Shown one piece after another: positions 17,123 to 25,715 of a stretch of 57,718 nucleotides of DNA. Under the pieces are notes generated by a model that saw nothing but the letters and a program-made list of their open reading frames with translations, made no database searches and was not told the DNA's origin. Both the position numbers and the translations under genes were made by a program. This DNA is from Patescibacteria group bacterium (lineage in GTDB: Bacteria > Patescibacteriota > Doudnabacteria > UBA920), in contig WARV01000007.1 of NCBI GenBank assembly GCA_013387205.1, positions 1-57,718 on the forward strand. Reading direction: 5' to 3'. Positions within the stretch are counted from its first letter, which is position 1. Every line of letters starts with the position of its first letter.

Positions 17123-17794
17123 ATGGATAAAGATAAAAATACAACTCCAGTCGAAAACATTTCCCAGGAAAAGCAAGTCAGTTCGCCTAGGGTTTCCATA
17201 AAAACCACGTCAGCCGAATCCTGGTTTGCGGAAACAGAAAGCTTAAAGCCCGGCCAGTCCAGGTTTTTTTTGCCGTCGCAAAAAAAGCGTTCGCATTTTG
17301 GCAGGAACATTTTTATTTTGGTAATTTTAGGGCTTTTAAGTTTTGGCGGGTTTAAGGCGTATAAAATTTATTGGCCAAAATTGATTAATGCCAGACAGCC
17401 TTCGGCAGAAAATAATTTAACGACTAATGTGTCTGATAATATAAATCCGTACCAAGACAACCAGGAAGAAGTTTTGCCAAGAGGGGATGCTGCTACGACA
17501 ACTCCTGAACTGCCTGCGGCAGATGCGGCATCCACAACCCCGACAACTCCCGCTCCGAAAGTTGTCCCTCCGGCTTCGGCACCTGTTCCAGCCGGGCCTA
17601 AACTGAAAGTCAATAGTACTTCTACGGGATATTTGAATGTCAGAAGCGAACCTGCTTCATCCAGCAAGCTGGTTGTCCAAATACATCCCGGGGAAACGTA
17701 TCCTTACACGGAAACCAAATACGACTGGTATAAAATTACTTTGCCAGACGGCCAATCCGGCTGGGTCAGCGGAACGTATGTTACGAAACAGTAA
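17123..17794 (+). CDS. Membrane-anchored bacterial SH3 domain protein
   Basis: TM ILVILGLLSFGGF, a Pro/Ala/Thr linker, and a C-terminal SH3_3-like GYLNVRSEPASSSKLVVQIHPGETYPY..WYKITLPDGQSGWVSGTYV. Confidence 0.7.
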   Translation: MDKDKNTTPVENISQEKQVSSPRVSIKTTSAESWFAETESLKPGQSRFFLPSQKKRSHFGRNIFILVILGLLSFGGFKAYKIYWPKLINARQPSAENNLTTNVSDNINPYQDNQEEVLPRGDAATTTPELPAADAASTTPTTPAPKVVPPASAPVPAGPKLKVNSTSTGYLNVRSEPASSSKLVVQIHPGETYPYTETKYDWYKITLPDGQSGWVSGTYVTKQ

Positions 17795-17830
17795 ATTTTG
17801 ATCCCTGAGCCTGTCGAAGGGTCAAAATTT
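17793..17830. repeat. Hairpin carrying the CCCTGAGCCTGTCGAAGGG motif
   Basis: Stem aaattttga (17793-17801) / tcaaaattt (17822-17830) encloses ccctgagcctgtcgaaggg (17803-17821). It overlaps the SH3 gene stop. Confidence 0.75.
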
Positions 17831-17848
17831 ACTTGGAGTGAGCTATTT

Positions 17849-18118
17849 ATGGCCAAATGGAAATGGTATGTATATATTCTTGAATGTTTAGATGGAAGTT
17901 ACTATACTGGCAGGACTTGGAATTTTGATATTAGAGGTGAGCAGCATTATAATAAATTAGGATCAAAATATACTAAAGAACATGGTGTTAAAAGATTGGC
18001 ATATTTGGAAGAATTTGAAAATTTTGAAGAAGCTAGTTTAAGGGAAAAGCAGATAAAAGGTTGGTCGAGAGCAAAGAAACAAAAATTGATGAGTGGCGAG
18101 TGGGGAAGGTGGATATAA
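17849..18118 (+). CDS. GIY-YIG nuclease family protein (small, stand-alone)
   Basis: WYVYILECLDGSYYTGRTWNFDIRGEQH..GVKRLAYLEEFENFEEASLREKQIKGWSRAKK. ATG 17849 was preferred, because the upstream part of the ORF is the repeat element. Confidence 0.85.
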   Translation: MAKWKWYVYILECLDGSYYTGRTWNFDIRGEQHYNKLGSKYTKEHGVKRLAYLEEFENFEEASLREKQIKGWSRAKKQKLMSGEWGRWI

Positions 18119-18122
18119 GTAT

Positions 18123-18177
18123 CCCCTCGACAAGCTCGGGGAACAATGCATTGGTGTTGCCTGAGCCTGTTGAATGC
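18123..18177. repeat. Two further copies of the CCCTGAGC..TCGAAGGG-type motif downstream of the GIY-YIG gene
   Basis: cccctcgacaagctcgggg (18123-18141) is in inverted orientation relative to 17803-17821. cctgagcctgttgaatgc (18160-18177) is in direct orientation. Confidence 0.7.
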
Positions 18178-18238
18178 AATAAAACAAAACACCCAAACTA
18201 GCATCGTCTGGGTGTTTTTTGATGACGGAAAGCCGGTA

Positions 18239-18532
18239 CTAGGCCTGAACTGGTAATTCGCTGATAAAATCAGCAAACATATAACGAATCATTTCGAGAC
18301 CTTTGGCTGTCGTGTGGAAATTATTCTTCGGATCGCCATTTAAGGCAAACAGCAGCTTTTCGCGATCATTGATAAACCGCTCGAACTGTTCTTTTTGTTT
18401 GCTATTAAGCATTTCTACCGGAGCCGAATTTTCTTTGATATTATTAATGTCGATTCTTATCAAAGATGCGACTTGCTCTCGTTCTTCCGGCGTCCAGTCC
18501 GGACTGACCGCAACTTTATTCCTCTCTGGCAT
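18239..18532 (-). CDS. Hypothetical protein (97 aa)
   Basis: ATG 18532 is preceded by AGGAGG (caggaggaacaATG). The longer track ORF to 18640 runs through a terminator hairpin. Confidence 0.6.
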   Translation of the reverse strand: MPERNKVAVSPDWTPEEREQVASLIRIDINNIKENSAPVEMLNSKQKEQFERFINDREKLLFALNGDPKNNFHTTAKGLEMIRYMFADFISELPVQA

Positions 18533-18611
18533 TGTTCCTCCTGATGATTGCAATAAGATTACAGATATAAATTTAGCACAAATAAAAAAATTCGCAAGTG
18601 GATATAAATTC

Positions 18612-18644
18612 AAAAATGCCCCTTGCCTGGCAAGGGGCATTTTT
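18612..18644. terminator. Bidirectional hairpin terminator
   Basis: aaaaatgccccttgcc / ggcaaggggcattttt. Confidence 0.8.
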
Positions 18645-18655
18645 GGAAAGTTTGG

Positions 18656-18880
18656 TTATATCTTCAGGATTGCAAATATTTTGTAAATCAAGAACGCGGG
18701 CCAGACTATGGCTTTTAAAAATCCGAGCACTCCGGCCCAAAACGTATCCGAGTGCTGGATAAAATATACAGCCGCGCCAATGAATGCCAGAAAGTATGCG
18801 CCGCCGCAAGCACCCTGGCCTCTTACTCCTCTATGATGGTAGCAATGAGGCTGGGCAGTCGTATTTGTTTCGTCTGACAT
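18656..18880 (-). CDS. Small membrane protein (74 aa)
   Basis: Two hydrophobic helices (AYFLAFIGAAVYFI; VLGFLKAIVWPAFLIY), with the terminator immediately downstream. Confidence 0.5.
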   Translation of the reverse strand: MSDETNTTAQPHCYHHRGVRGQGACGGAYFLAFIGAAVYFIQHSDTFWAGVLGFLKAIVWPAFLIYKIFAILKI

Positions 18881-19045
18881 ATTATTCCCTTTGTATCACC
18901 TTAAAGCTTTAATAAGATGATAATTAGTGTAAAAATTTACCTCTATATTAATAATATCAAAAATAGTAATAAATATAAAGCGCATAAATGTAATATATCC
19001 CTTATTCTCGCGTCGAAACAAGTATGATCAATTAATAAAAATTTT

Positions 19046-19255
19046 ATGAAGCAAATGACTTGCGCCCAAATGGGCGGACCATGCAATACAATTATCACTG
19101 GCAATACGGCCGAGGAGATGGCAAAAAACGGGGGAAAGCATTTAATGGAAGACCATCCGGAAATGGCGGAGCGCATGAAAAATATGCCGAAAGAAGAAAG
19201 CGATAAATGGATGGCGGATTTCCAAAAGAAATTCGACGCAACCCCGGAAATGTAA
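19046..19255 (+). CDS. DUF1059-like small protein
   Basis: MKQMTCAQMGGPCNTIITGNTAEEMAKNGGKHLMEDHPEM matches the C..MG..C..G.T.EE...H pattern of DUF1059. Confidence 0.55.
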   Translation: MKQMTCAQMGGPCNTIITGNTAEEMAKNGGKHLMEDHPEMAERMKNMPKEESDKWMADFQKKFDATPEM

Positions 19256-19468
19256 ATAACCCAGACCAAAATAACATCCTTACATACTTGCTTTGCCCGC
19301 CGAAGCTTTAGCGAAGGAGGGAGAATGTAAGGATGTTATTTTAAAGTGGAAGTGTTGCCATGATATTATTTTTTTCCTTAAGGAGGGTTTAGTGTTGTAT
19401 GCCAGAAGTTTCCAGCTCGTCAATTTATTTAGCTTAAAACAACGTGCAAACAATTGGAGGTGAATATT

Positions 19469-19999
19469 ATGCCAAGAATAAAGGTGCTTGCTGGAGCGGT
19501 CTTTGCTTTGGTTTTTGCTGTTCCAGCTTTGGTCCATGCGCAAGCGCATATGGCATGGAGCGGAACAGTATCTTCGGTAAGCGGTAGTAACATTAGCCTT
19601 ATGGCTAATGGCACCAGCTATACGGTAGATGCATCAAACGCAAAAATCGTGCGGCGGGGAGGCGCGGGGACTCGGATGTCCCTAATTATGTCAGGTGACA
19701 CGGTGCAGGTCCAGGGAACTGCTAGCGGTACAACCATAACCGCAACTTTGGTGCGCGACATGTCATTGGTGGGGCGGACGTCTTTTACCGCGCACGTCAG
19801 GTCAATAAGCGGCTCGAGCTTTACCATGCAAACCACGAATTTTGGCCATGTGACTGTTAATACCGTCAGTTCCACTACAATAACCAAGAACGGCCAGCCA
19901 GCTTCGTTTTCAAGTATAGCAGTTGGTGATATGGCTATGGTTAATGGAGTTTGGAATACTGCCCATAACGTGGTTACCGCAAGCAGTATAAGCATATAA
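19469..19999 (+). CDS. Secreted DUF5666-like repeat protein
   Basis: GGAGGTG RBS 6 nt before ATG 19469. Signal peptide ..VPALVHAQA. Repeated G(T)V.SVSGS.. / GDTVQVQG / GDMAMVNG modules. Confidence 0.65.
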   Translation: MPRIKVLAGAVFALVFAVPALVHAQAHMAWSGTVSSVSGSNISLMANGTSYTVDASNAKIVRRGGAGTRMSLIMSGDTVQVQGTASGTTITATLVRDMSLVGRTSFTAHVRSISGSSFTMQTTNFGHVTVNTVSSTTITKNGQPASFSSIAVGDMAMVNGVWNTAHNVVTASSISI

Positions 20000-20063
20000 A
20001 CCGGCAAAATTTATATATGATAGAAATAAGGGGAGGGAATTGTTTTAATTGTGTTCAATTATC

Positions 20064-20103
20064 AAAACAGCGCGTTTACTTAAAAGGTAAACGCGCTGTT
20101 TTT
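20064..20103. terminator. Bidirectional hairpin terminator
   Basis: aaaacagcgcgtttac-ttaaaag-gtaaacgcgctgtttt. Confidence 0.8.
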
Positions 20104-20122
20104 AATGGTCATACCACCATCG

Positions 20123-20422
20123 TTAATAATGCATGTAATAATGCGAATAATTATAATAATAGTGATGGCTTGGATATGGCATTGGCATTGGCCTTGCTAC
20201 GTAGTATCTATTTGCGTAGGTATACGCGGAATGGTAATAATACGTAGGACGGTAATTATACGGATGGTAGTATTGGACTACTGCCGCGTGGGAGTAATAC
20301 TGGTTATACATGCTATTTGAAGTGTAGCTTGAATAATAGCCGCTTGCCGAAGCTTTGTGCGCCGAAGGTAAGAGGAGAAATAGAGAAAGGGCTGAAGCGA
20401 GAACCAATAATCTTGATTTCAT
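20123..20422 (-). CDS. Secreted Tyr/His-rich low-complexity protein (99 aa)
   Basis: RBS AGGGGG 4 nt before the ATG. Signal peptide MKSRLLVLASALSLFLLLPSAHKASA. The mature part has 25 Tyr in about 73 residues. Confidence 0.65.
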   Translation of the reverse strand: MKSRLLVLASALSLFLLLPSAHKASASGYYSSYTSNSMYNQYYSHAAVVQYYHPYNYRPTYYYHSAYTYANRYYVARPMPMPYPSHHYYYNYSHYYMHY

Positions 20423-20591
20423 AAAACCCCCTTTTTACGAAATTAATTGTCAAAATTAATTGTGGTATATATAACCTGCGACGTGCCTGGTCAAGCATTT
20501 TTTCAAACTAATTTTTGGGATGAATTTGCGCAAAAAAGAAAAAGCGCCGAGTTTATGGCTCGGCGCCAGGAGTTCGTTGTCAGGCTCATAT

Positions 20592-20960
20592 TTACCATTC
20601 CCTGTATTGTTTGCAGGTGAAGTAAAAATCAGCAGCCATTAATACAGCCCACAAAGCAGCGAAAGCTGTTGCTGCGAGATGGAAGTTAAATATATATAGT
20701 ATCAGGTAAACTTCTGCCGGACGGCTCAGCAAGCCGGCTGTTTTTTTACCTATCCAGTAGCCTTTGCTGTGCTCGGATTGGTTTTGACGTTTGTCTCGGT
20801 CAATAAAATATATTTTGACCAAGAAACAAGTAATAAAAACCACCACGGCCACTTTTGGTTGGCTAAGCCGAAGCCAGAATTCGCTCACCAAAAATACAAT
20901 CGCGATGAGCAAAAAAGTCAACGCGGCATAACGCAGTGCAATCCTGTTTCTCGTTTGCAT
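20592..20960 (-). CDS. Hypothetical membrane protein (122 aa)
   Basis: Four hydrophobic segments and no recognisable motif. Confidence 0.5.
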   Translation of the reverse strand: MQTRNRIALRYAALTFLLIAIVFLVSEFWLRLSQPKVAVVVFITCFLVKIYFIDRDKRQNQSEHSKGYWIGKKTAGLLSRPAEVYLILYIFNFHLAATAFAALWAVLMAADFYFTCKQYREW

Positions 20961-21072
20961 TTCTCCTCCTGAACATTCGACGTATCAAAATATCATATCC
21001 ATGTAATATTGTCAATTGCCTGCAAAAAGGAAATTTAATTTGAAGATATATTATTAGCGCATATAAAATTCC

Positions 21073-21134
21073 AACGGCTAAATCAATTTACCCCGTTAAC
21101 TTGCTATCCAGTTAACCGGGGCGATTTAGCCGTT
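21073..21134. repeat. AACGGCTAAA-family hairpin (composite), terminator position for PBP1A
   Basis: aacggctaaatc (21073-21084) ... gatttagccgtt (21123-21134), enclosing an inner ccccgttaac/gttaaccgggg hairpin. Confidence 0.75.
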
Positions 21135-21158
21135 TAAAAATCCGAAGGCGGTTTCGTG

Positions 21159-23303
21159 CTATTGCGTTGGTTTTACTATGTTGTCCGGGGTCAAGCTTAA
21201 TAAACCTAAAGTAGAAGTGGCAGTGGAAGTGGCACTGGAAAGGAATTTTAAGGTGTCATAAGTTTTGGGCACAGAATAATCGGCAAAAACTTCCTTAACC
21301 GGATCGGAGGTGTAGGGGGCGGCAAGCTTGCCGGAGCTGGCGCTAACGTAAACTTCTTTAATTCCGGCAGGTTTTTCGAAAGCTACGGCTGGCTGGTTTT
21401 TTAGCGCGTAAGCCATAAATTTATGCCAGATGGGTGCGGCCACCATAACTCCGTCCGCCATGTTGCGCATCAGGCTGCTATCGTTGTTTCCCACCCACAC
21501 CCCTGCGACTATTTGCGGAGTAAAGCCGACTGTCCAGCCGTCTTTAAAATCCTGGCTGGTGCCAGTCTTGGCCGCCACTGTGCGGTCTGGAAAATACAAA
21601 GGCGAATGGCTGCCGAAAATGAAGCTTCTGGCATTGTTGTCGCTCAGCACGCTGACTAATTCGTAAACCGCCTGGGGATCCACCGCTTGTTTAGCTTCTT
21701 GCTGCGGTTTTGTAAATAAAACTTTTCCGGTTTTATCAACAATTTTCAAGATTGCCGTTGTCGGCGCTTTTTTTCCGCCATTGGCAAACGCGCCAAAAGC
21801 CGCCGTGTGGTCAAGCAGCGTTACCTCGCAGGCGCCCAGGGTCAGCGCCAGCCCGCACTGGTTTAAGGGCGTGGATATCCCTAAGTTTTGCGCAGTGTTT
21901 ATTACGTTATCAACTCCGATTTTAGAAAGAACCCTTACCGCAGCTATATTCAAGCTGCCTGCCAAAGCTTTTCTCATGCTTAATAGGCCGTGGTTGCGGC
22001 CATCGAAATTTCTTGGGATGTACGGCTTTATTCCGGGAGCGCTAAAGTTTTGGGAAATGTCCGCCACAATCGATGCCGGGGCAAAGCCGAATTCCGGCGA
22101 AAAGGCGGTTACGTAGGTGTAAGGCTTAAAGCTGCTGCCGGGCTGCCTGGGGCTTGTGGCGGCGTTTACCATTGGGTCATACTGGCAATTTATGCCCGGT
22201 TTGCAGCCAGGCGGAAAGGATTTGCCAAAATAATCTTCGCCGCCAACCATGGCTAGGATTTCCCCGGTTTTTGGGTCAATGGCCACTAAGCTGGCGTTAT
22301 GCGCGTTATAGCGTTTGGCATTAGTTGCAATTCCGTCTTTGACAATTTGCTCTGCTTGGGTTTGCAGATCAATATCCAAAGTGGTGTAAACTTCCAAACC
22401 TTGTTCTTCTAAAATTTTTTGCCCGTACTTTTGTTCCAAAGATTGCTCAACCCATTTTACGAAATACGGAGCCGCCATGGCAGTTTTGGCTTGTGTGAAT
22501 TCCACTTTTTCATTTTTAGCTGCAGTCAACTCCTGTTTATTTATATAGCCTTTCTGCTGCATGGTTTCCAAAATATATTCTTGCCTTTTTTTCAGGTCGG
22601 CAAAATTTGCTCCGGAAGGCGAGTAAAAGGAAGGCGCTTGGGGCAGCGCTGCCAAGTAAGCACTCTCCGCAATATCTAAAGCCTTGGCTGGCTTGCCAAA
22701 GTAGCTTTGGCTGGCCGCTTCTGCACCATAGGTATTGCGGCCGTAAGGGACAATATTCAAATAGAGCTCCAAAATTTCATTTTTCGACAAATGCCTTTCC
22801 AAATGCTGGGCCAGAACAGCCTCTTTGAATTTCCGGTAAAAGGATTTGTTGCGGGTCAAAAAAAGGTTTTTGACCACTTGCTGGGTAATTGTGCTGCCTC
22901 CCTGCGTGGCCGAGCCGGTCTTATAGTTTTGCCAGGCTGCCCGCAGTATCGCGGTGTAGGATAAGGCCCCATGGCTGTAAAAATTTTTGTCTTCAGCGGC
23001 TACCGTCGCTTGATGCAAATACGGAGAGATGTCGTTTAAATTTACCGGCGTGCGCTTGGCTTCGCCGTAAACTTCGTATAAGAGCTTGCCGTTCCTGTCC
23101 AAAATTTTTGTTGAAACGGGAGGAATGTATTTTATATCCTCAATAGGCGGCAGGGAATAAAGATGGTATATTTTGAATCCTGCCGTTACTGTCGATGCTA
23201 AAAAAACACCTCCGAAAACCAGAAGCAGGTATATTTTTTTTCGATGGCGCTTAAAAAAGGCAAAAACAGAGTTTGCATTTTTTCCCAATCCCGAATTTTT
23301 CAT
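21159..23303 (-). CDS. Bifunctional penicillin-binding protein 1A (GT51 transglycosylase + transpeptidase)
   Basis: N-terminal TM. GT51 motifs AAEDKNFYSHGA, GGSTITQQ and RKFKE. Transpeptidase motifs SxxK (GSSFKP), SLN and KTGT. Confidence 0.95.
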   Translation of the reverse strand: MKNSGLGKNANSVFAFFKRHRKKIYLLLVFGGVFLASTVTAGFKIYHLYSLPPIEDIKYIPPVSTKILDRNGKLLYEVYGEAKRTPVNLNDISPYLHQATVAAEDKNFYSHGALSYTAILRAAWQNYKTGSATQGGSTITQQVVKNLFLTRNKSFYRKFKEAVLAQHLERHLSKNEILELYLNIVPYGRNTYGAEAASQSYFGKPAKALDIAESAYLAALPQAPSFYSPSGANFADLKKRQEYILETMQQKGYINKQELTAAKNEKVEFTQAKTAMAAPYFVKWVEQSLEQKYGQKILEEQGLEVYTTLDIDLQTQAEQIVKDGIATNAKRYNAHNASLVAIDPKTGEILAMVGGEDYFGKSFPPGCKPGINCQYDPMVNAATSPRQPGSSFKPYTYVTAFSPEFGFAPASIVADISQNFSAPGIKPYIPRNFDGRNHGLLSMRKALAGSLNIAAVRVLSKIGVDNVINTAQNLGISTPLNQCGLALTLGACEVTLLDHTAAFGAFANGGKKAPTTAILKIVDKTGKVLFTKPQQEAKQAVDPQAVYELVSVLSDNNARSFIFGSHSPLYFPDRTVAAKTGTSQDFKDGWTVGFTPQIVAGVWVGNNDSSLMRNMADGVMVAAPIWHKFMAYALKNQPAVAFEKPAGIKEVYVSASSGKLAAPYTSDPVKEVFADYSVPKTYDTLKFLSSATSTATSTLGLLSLTPDNIVKPTQ

Positions 23304-23461
23304 ATGTCTCAGTTATTGTTGTTTTAACCTTTTTGACGGATTAATTAAGGAAAACATTACACAAAAAGCAAATAATTTGACGCCATGAATTTTGGATTCA
23401 AATATTTACATAATACGTCCTTGTATACGTAAGAACGTCTCAAAACTTAAGGAGAAAACCA

Positions 23462-24568
23462 ATGGCAGTCGGTAACAGCAGCTTTAGGATACGGACAGTT
23501 GCAGTAGCACTGTTCTGGGCAATCTCCAGCCTATTGTTGGCCGGAGACTACGAAGTGTATTTGATCTCAGGGTTTGAAACAGTTCCCAGTGTTAGCCCTG
23601 GGCATTCCAACGCTTTCTTTGCGCGGTTTAACAGTCCGAATACTGACAATACCGTGCTCATTGATATTGAGCTGCTTAATAGCAGTAACCAGAAAGTCGC
23701 GCAGGCGTTTTGGGACAATGTTACCATAAAAAAAGGAGGAGTAACTAGTTTACCGGGACCGTTTTCAGCCTTTTCTCCGGCCAGTTTGCCAGTGGGTACA
23801 TACCACTGGGCCGTAGGGATTTTTAAGCCTGGCTGGAGCGGGTTGATAATGTGGCGCGGCTTTGTAGCGTCGTTTATGGTAATTGCCCCGGGGCAGGCTG
23901 GCGACATTGTCATCCAAAGCCAGGAGTTCCAGAACATTTTGGGATTCAATGCTTTGGCCGTGCAGTTCTCCAACGCTGGCCCGACCAAAACCATCACGCT
24001 CGATTTGGAGCTGTTCAATTCCGCCAGTCAAAGGATAGGACAGGTCTTCATCAACGGTGTAGAATTTTATTCCGGCACATCCATTAGCTTAAAGCTTAAC
24101 GCAACAAACGTGTCGGGCACCTACACCTACAAGGCCGGAGTGTTCAGTGCCGGCACTCCCACGTGGGGCTCGCTTCTGCAGTGGTATAATGACCTTTGGG
24201 AGTTTGAAGCAGAAGACGAGCCATCAGATTTAGGGCTGGACAGTGCCACCTTCACTCCCGGCGACCAGGTAGCTCCCTCCGTGCCCGTATCGGCTACCGT
24301 GTTTTTTCGAAGCCAATCGCCGCCCAGCAAAACCGTCATCTTGGACGTGGAACTGTACAACACCGCTAACCAAAAAATCGGCCAGGCTTTCCAAGACAAC
24401 GTGGTGTTCACTTCGACGGATGCCATAGGCGTTACCTTAGCGTTTCCCAGCGGCTTGCCCGCGGGCACCTACATTCTTAAGGCTGGAGTGTTCAACCAAG
24501 GTTCGCCGGAATGGGGATCGCTTATCTACTGGTATGACAGCGTGGGGCAGTTGATTGTCGCGCCATAG
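23462..24568 (+). CDS. Secreted protein made of three tandem domains of about 110 aa, unknown function
   Basis: AAGGAG RBS and an N-terminal TM/signal. Three repeats of (I/L)D(I/L/V)EL(L/F/Y)N(S/T)xNQ(K/R)(V/I)(A/G)Q(A/V)F...GTYxxKAGVF..G.P.WGSL..WY. Confidence 0.7.
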   Translation: MAVGNSSFRIRTVAVALFWAISSLLLAGDYEVYLISGFETVPSVSPGHSNAFFARFNSPNTDNTVLIDIELLNSSNQKVAQAFWDNVTIKKGGVTSLPGPFSAFSPASLPVGTYHWAVGIFKPGWSGLIMWRGFVASFMVIAPGQAGDIVIQSQEFQNILGFNALAVQFSNAGPTKTITLDLELFNSASQRIGQVFINGVEFYSGTSISLKLNATNVSGTYTYKAGVFSAGTPTWGSLLQWYNDLWEFEAEDEPSDLGLDSATFTPGDQVAPSVPVSATVFFRSQSPPSKTVILDVELYNTANQKIGQAFQDNVVFTSTDAIGVTLAFPSGLPAGTYILKAGVFNQGSPEWGSLIYWYDSVGQLIVAP

Positions 24569-24665
24569 CAATGGCCGACATGGAAACTAGTATGGATATA
24601 ATCTTTAAGCGGAGTGGGGGACAAAATTTCCCATTCCGTTTTTTTTGTTTTATACGGTTTCGCCG

Positions 24666-24692
24666 AACGGCTAAAACGTCGTTTTAGCCGTT
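24666..24692. repeat. AACGGCTAAA-family hairpin
   Basis: aacggctaaaac-gtc-gttttagccgtt. Confidence 0.8.
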
Positions 24693-24732
24693 GAAATGCC
24701 TTATTTGCCGGTATAATTGAGGGCTTGAAATA

Positions 24733-24761
24733 TTGATTTTTAGGGCATTTTTTGCTATAAT
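24733..24761 (+). promoter_or_regulatory. Sigma-70-type promoter of ssrA
   Basis: TTGATT (24733-24738), 17 nt, TGCTATAAT (TATAAT at 24756-24761). The mature tmRNA 5' end is 12 nt downstream. Confidence 0.6.
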
Positions 24762-24772
24762 ATGGGTCACGT

Positions 24773-25169
24773 GGGGATGACGGATTTTGACAGGACTTTG
24801 ACATTTTCCAATATGCAAGACGAGTAAGCCTTCACACCTCGTTAAAATTGTTAAGGCATCATAAATGCTACTACTGCATTTGAAAAAGTGAAGACTGCAT
24901 TGGCTAACGCCTTTGCTCCTTCCTTCGTCCTCGCTTAATTTAAGTGAAGACACTTGCCCCATTCTCCATCTCAAGAATGGATAAGCAAGCTTATCTGAGG
25001 TTGCAACTTAGGCGTTTGATTTACTCGCCAAAGCCAAGTATTCGTAAATCAACCTTAATGTTTTAGTCGTCAGTTACTAGCATTAGGGCACTTTTAGCTG
25101 ACTAATCTTGTGAACAATTGGGAGTTGAGAAGATCTTGGACGCGGGTTTAACTCCCGCCATCTCCACCA
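24773..25169 (+). ncRNA. ssrA: tmRNA (transfer-messenger RNA)
   Basis: 5' GGGGAUGACGG pairs with 3' CCAUCUCC-ACCA, including the G3:U wobble. T-arm GCGGG-UUUAACU-CCCGC. The internal tag frame ends ..ANAFAPSFVLA-TAA (stop 24936-24938). Confidence 0.95.
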
Positions 25170-25178
25170 TGATAAATT

Positions 25179-25201
25179 ACCGCTTATATTAGCGGTTTTT
25201 T
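25179..25201 (+). terminator. Rho-independent terminator of ssrA
   Basis: accgct-tatatt-agcggt followed by ttttttattttt. Confidence 0.75.
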
Positions 25202-25213
25202 ATTTTTCAACCC

Positions 25214-25241
25214 TTGACTAAACCCTATATTTTGCTATAAT
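25214..25241 (+). promoter_or_regulatory. Sigma-70-type promoter
   Basis: TTGACT (25214-25219), 16 nt, TGCTATAAT (TATAAT at 25236-25241). Confidence 0.6.
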
Positions 25242-25326
25242 ATTACGTTCCCAATTGGAAAACAACCTCATTGTTCCGGGAGGTGAATTCTAGGACATAC
25301 AACTTGCAAAAAAGGAGGAGTGAGTT

Positions 25327-25566
25327 ATGACTAACCAAGAAAGACAAGCTTTAAAGAAGGAGAAAACAATACTCAAGGATCAAATACCCGAAGCCAAGCA
25401 TGCCGTACAGAAAGCTCGTGATGATATGCGCTGGGCTGAACGTCACGGTGGCCGCAACTTTGACTTCAGTGGCCTCAATGAATGTTCATATCAGGCGAGT
25501 GTGCGGCTGAGTAACATTTTCGACCGAATTCGGGAGATCAACGAATTACTCTACCCGAAAAGTTAA
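25327..25566 (+). CDS. Hypothetical small coiled-coil protein (79 aa)
   Basis: Strong RBS AAAGGAGGAG 7 nt before the ATG, and its own promoter. No recognisable motif. Confidence 0.6.
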   Translation: MTNQERQALKKEKTILKDQIPEAKHAVQKARDDMRWAERHGGRNFDFSGLNECSYQASVRLSNIFDRIREINELLYPKS

Positions 25567-25715
25567 AGCAGGGCGAAGTCTTTGCACCTGGTAAACCTTG
25601 TTGGGCCTCTACTGTAAAGTCGGGGCTCTTCTTTTTTTATAAACAAACACAAAATAAAATAACTACAATCATTTATAATATCGCCAAAAACGCATTAGGT
25701 AATCAAAGAGACTGT

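Noticed and set aside
24526-24974. Minus-strand ORFs 24526-24804 and 24684-24974.
   Set aside because: They overlap the tmRNA gene and its promoter. The tmRNA has a canonical acceptor stem, T-arm and tag ORF, which explains the region.
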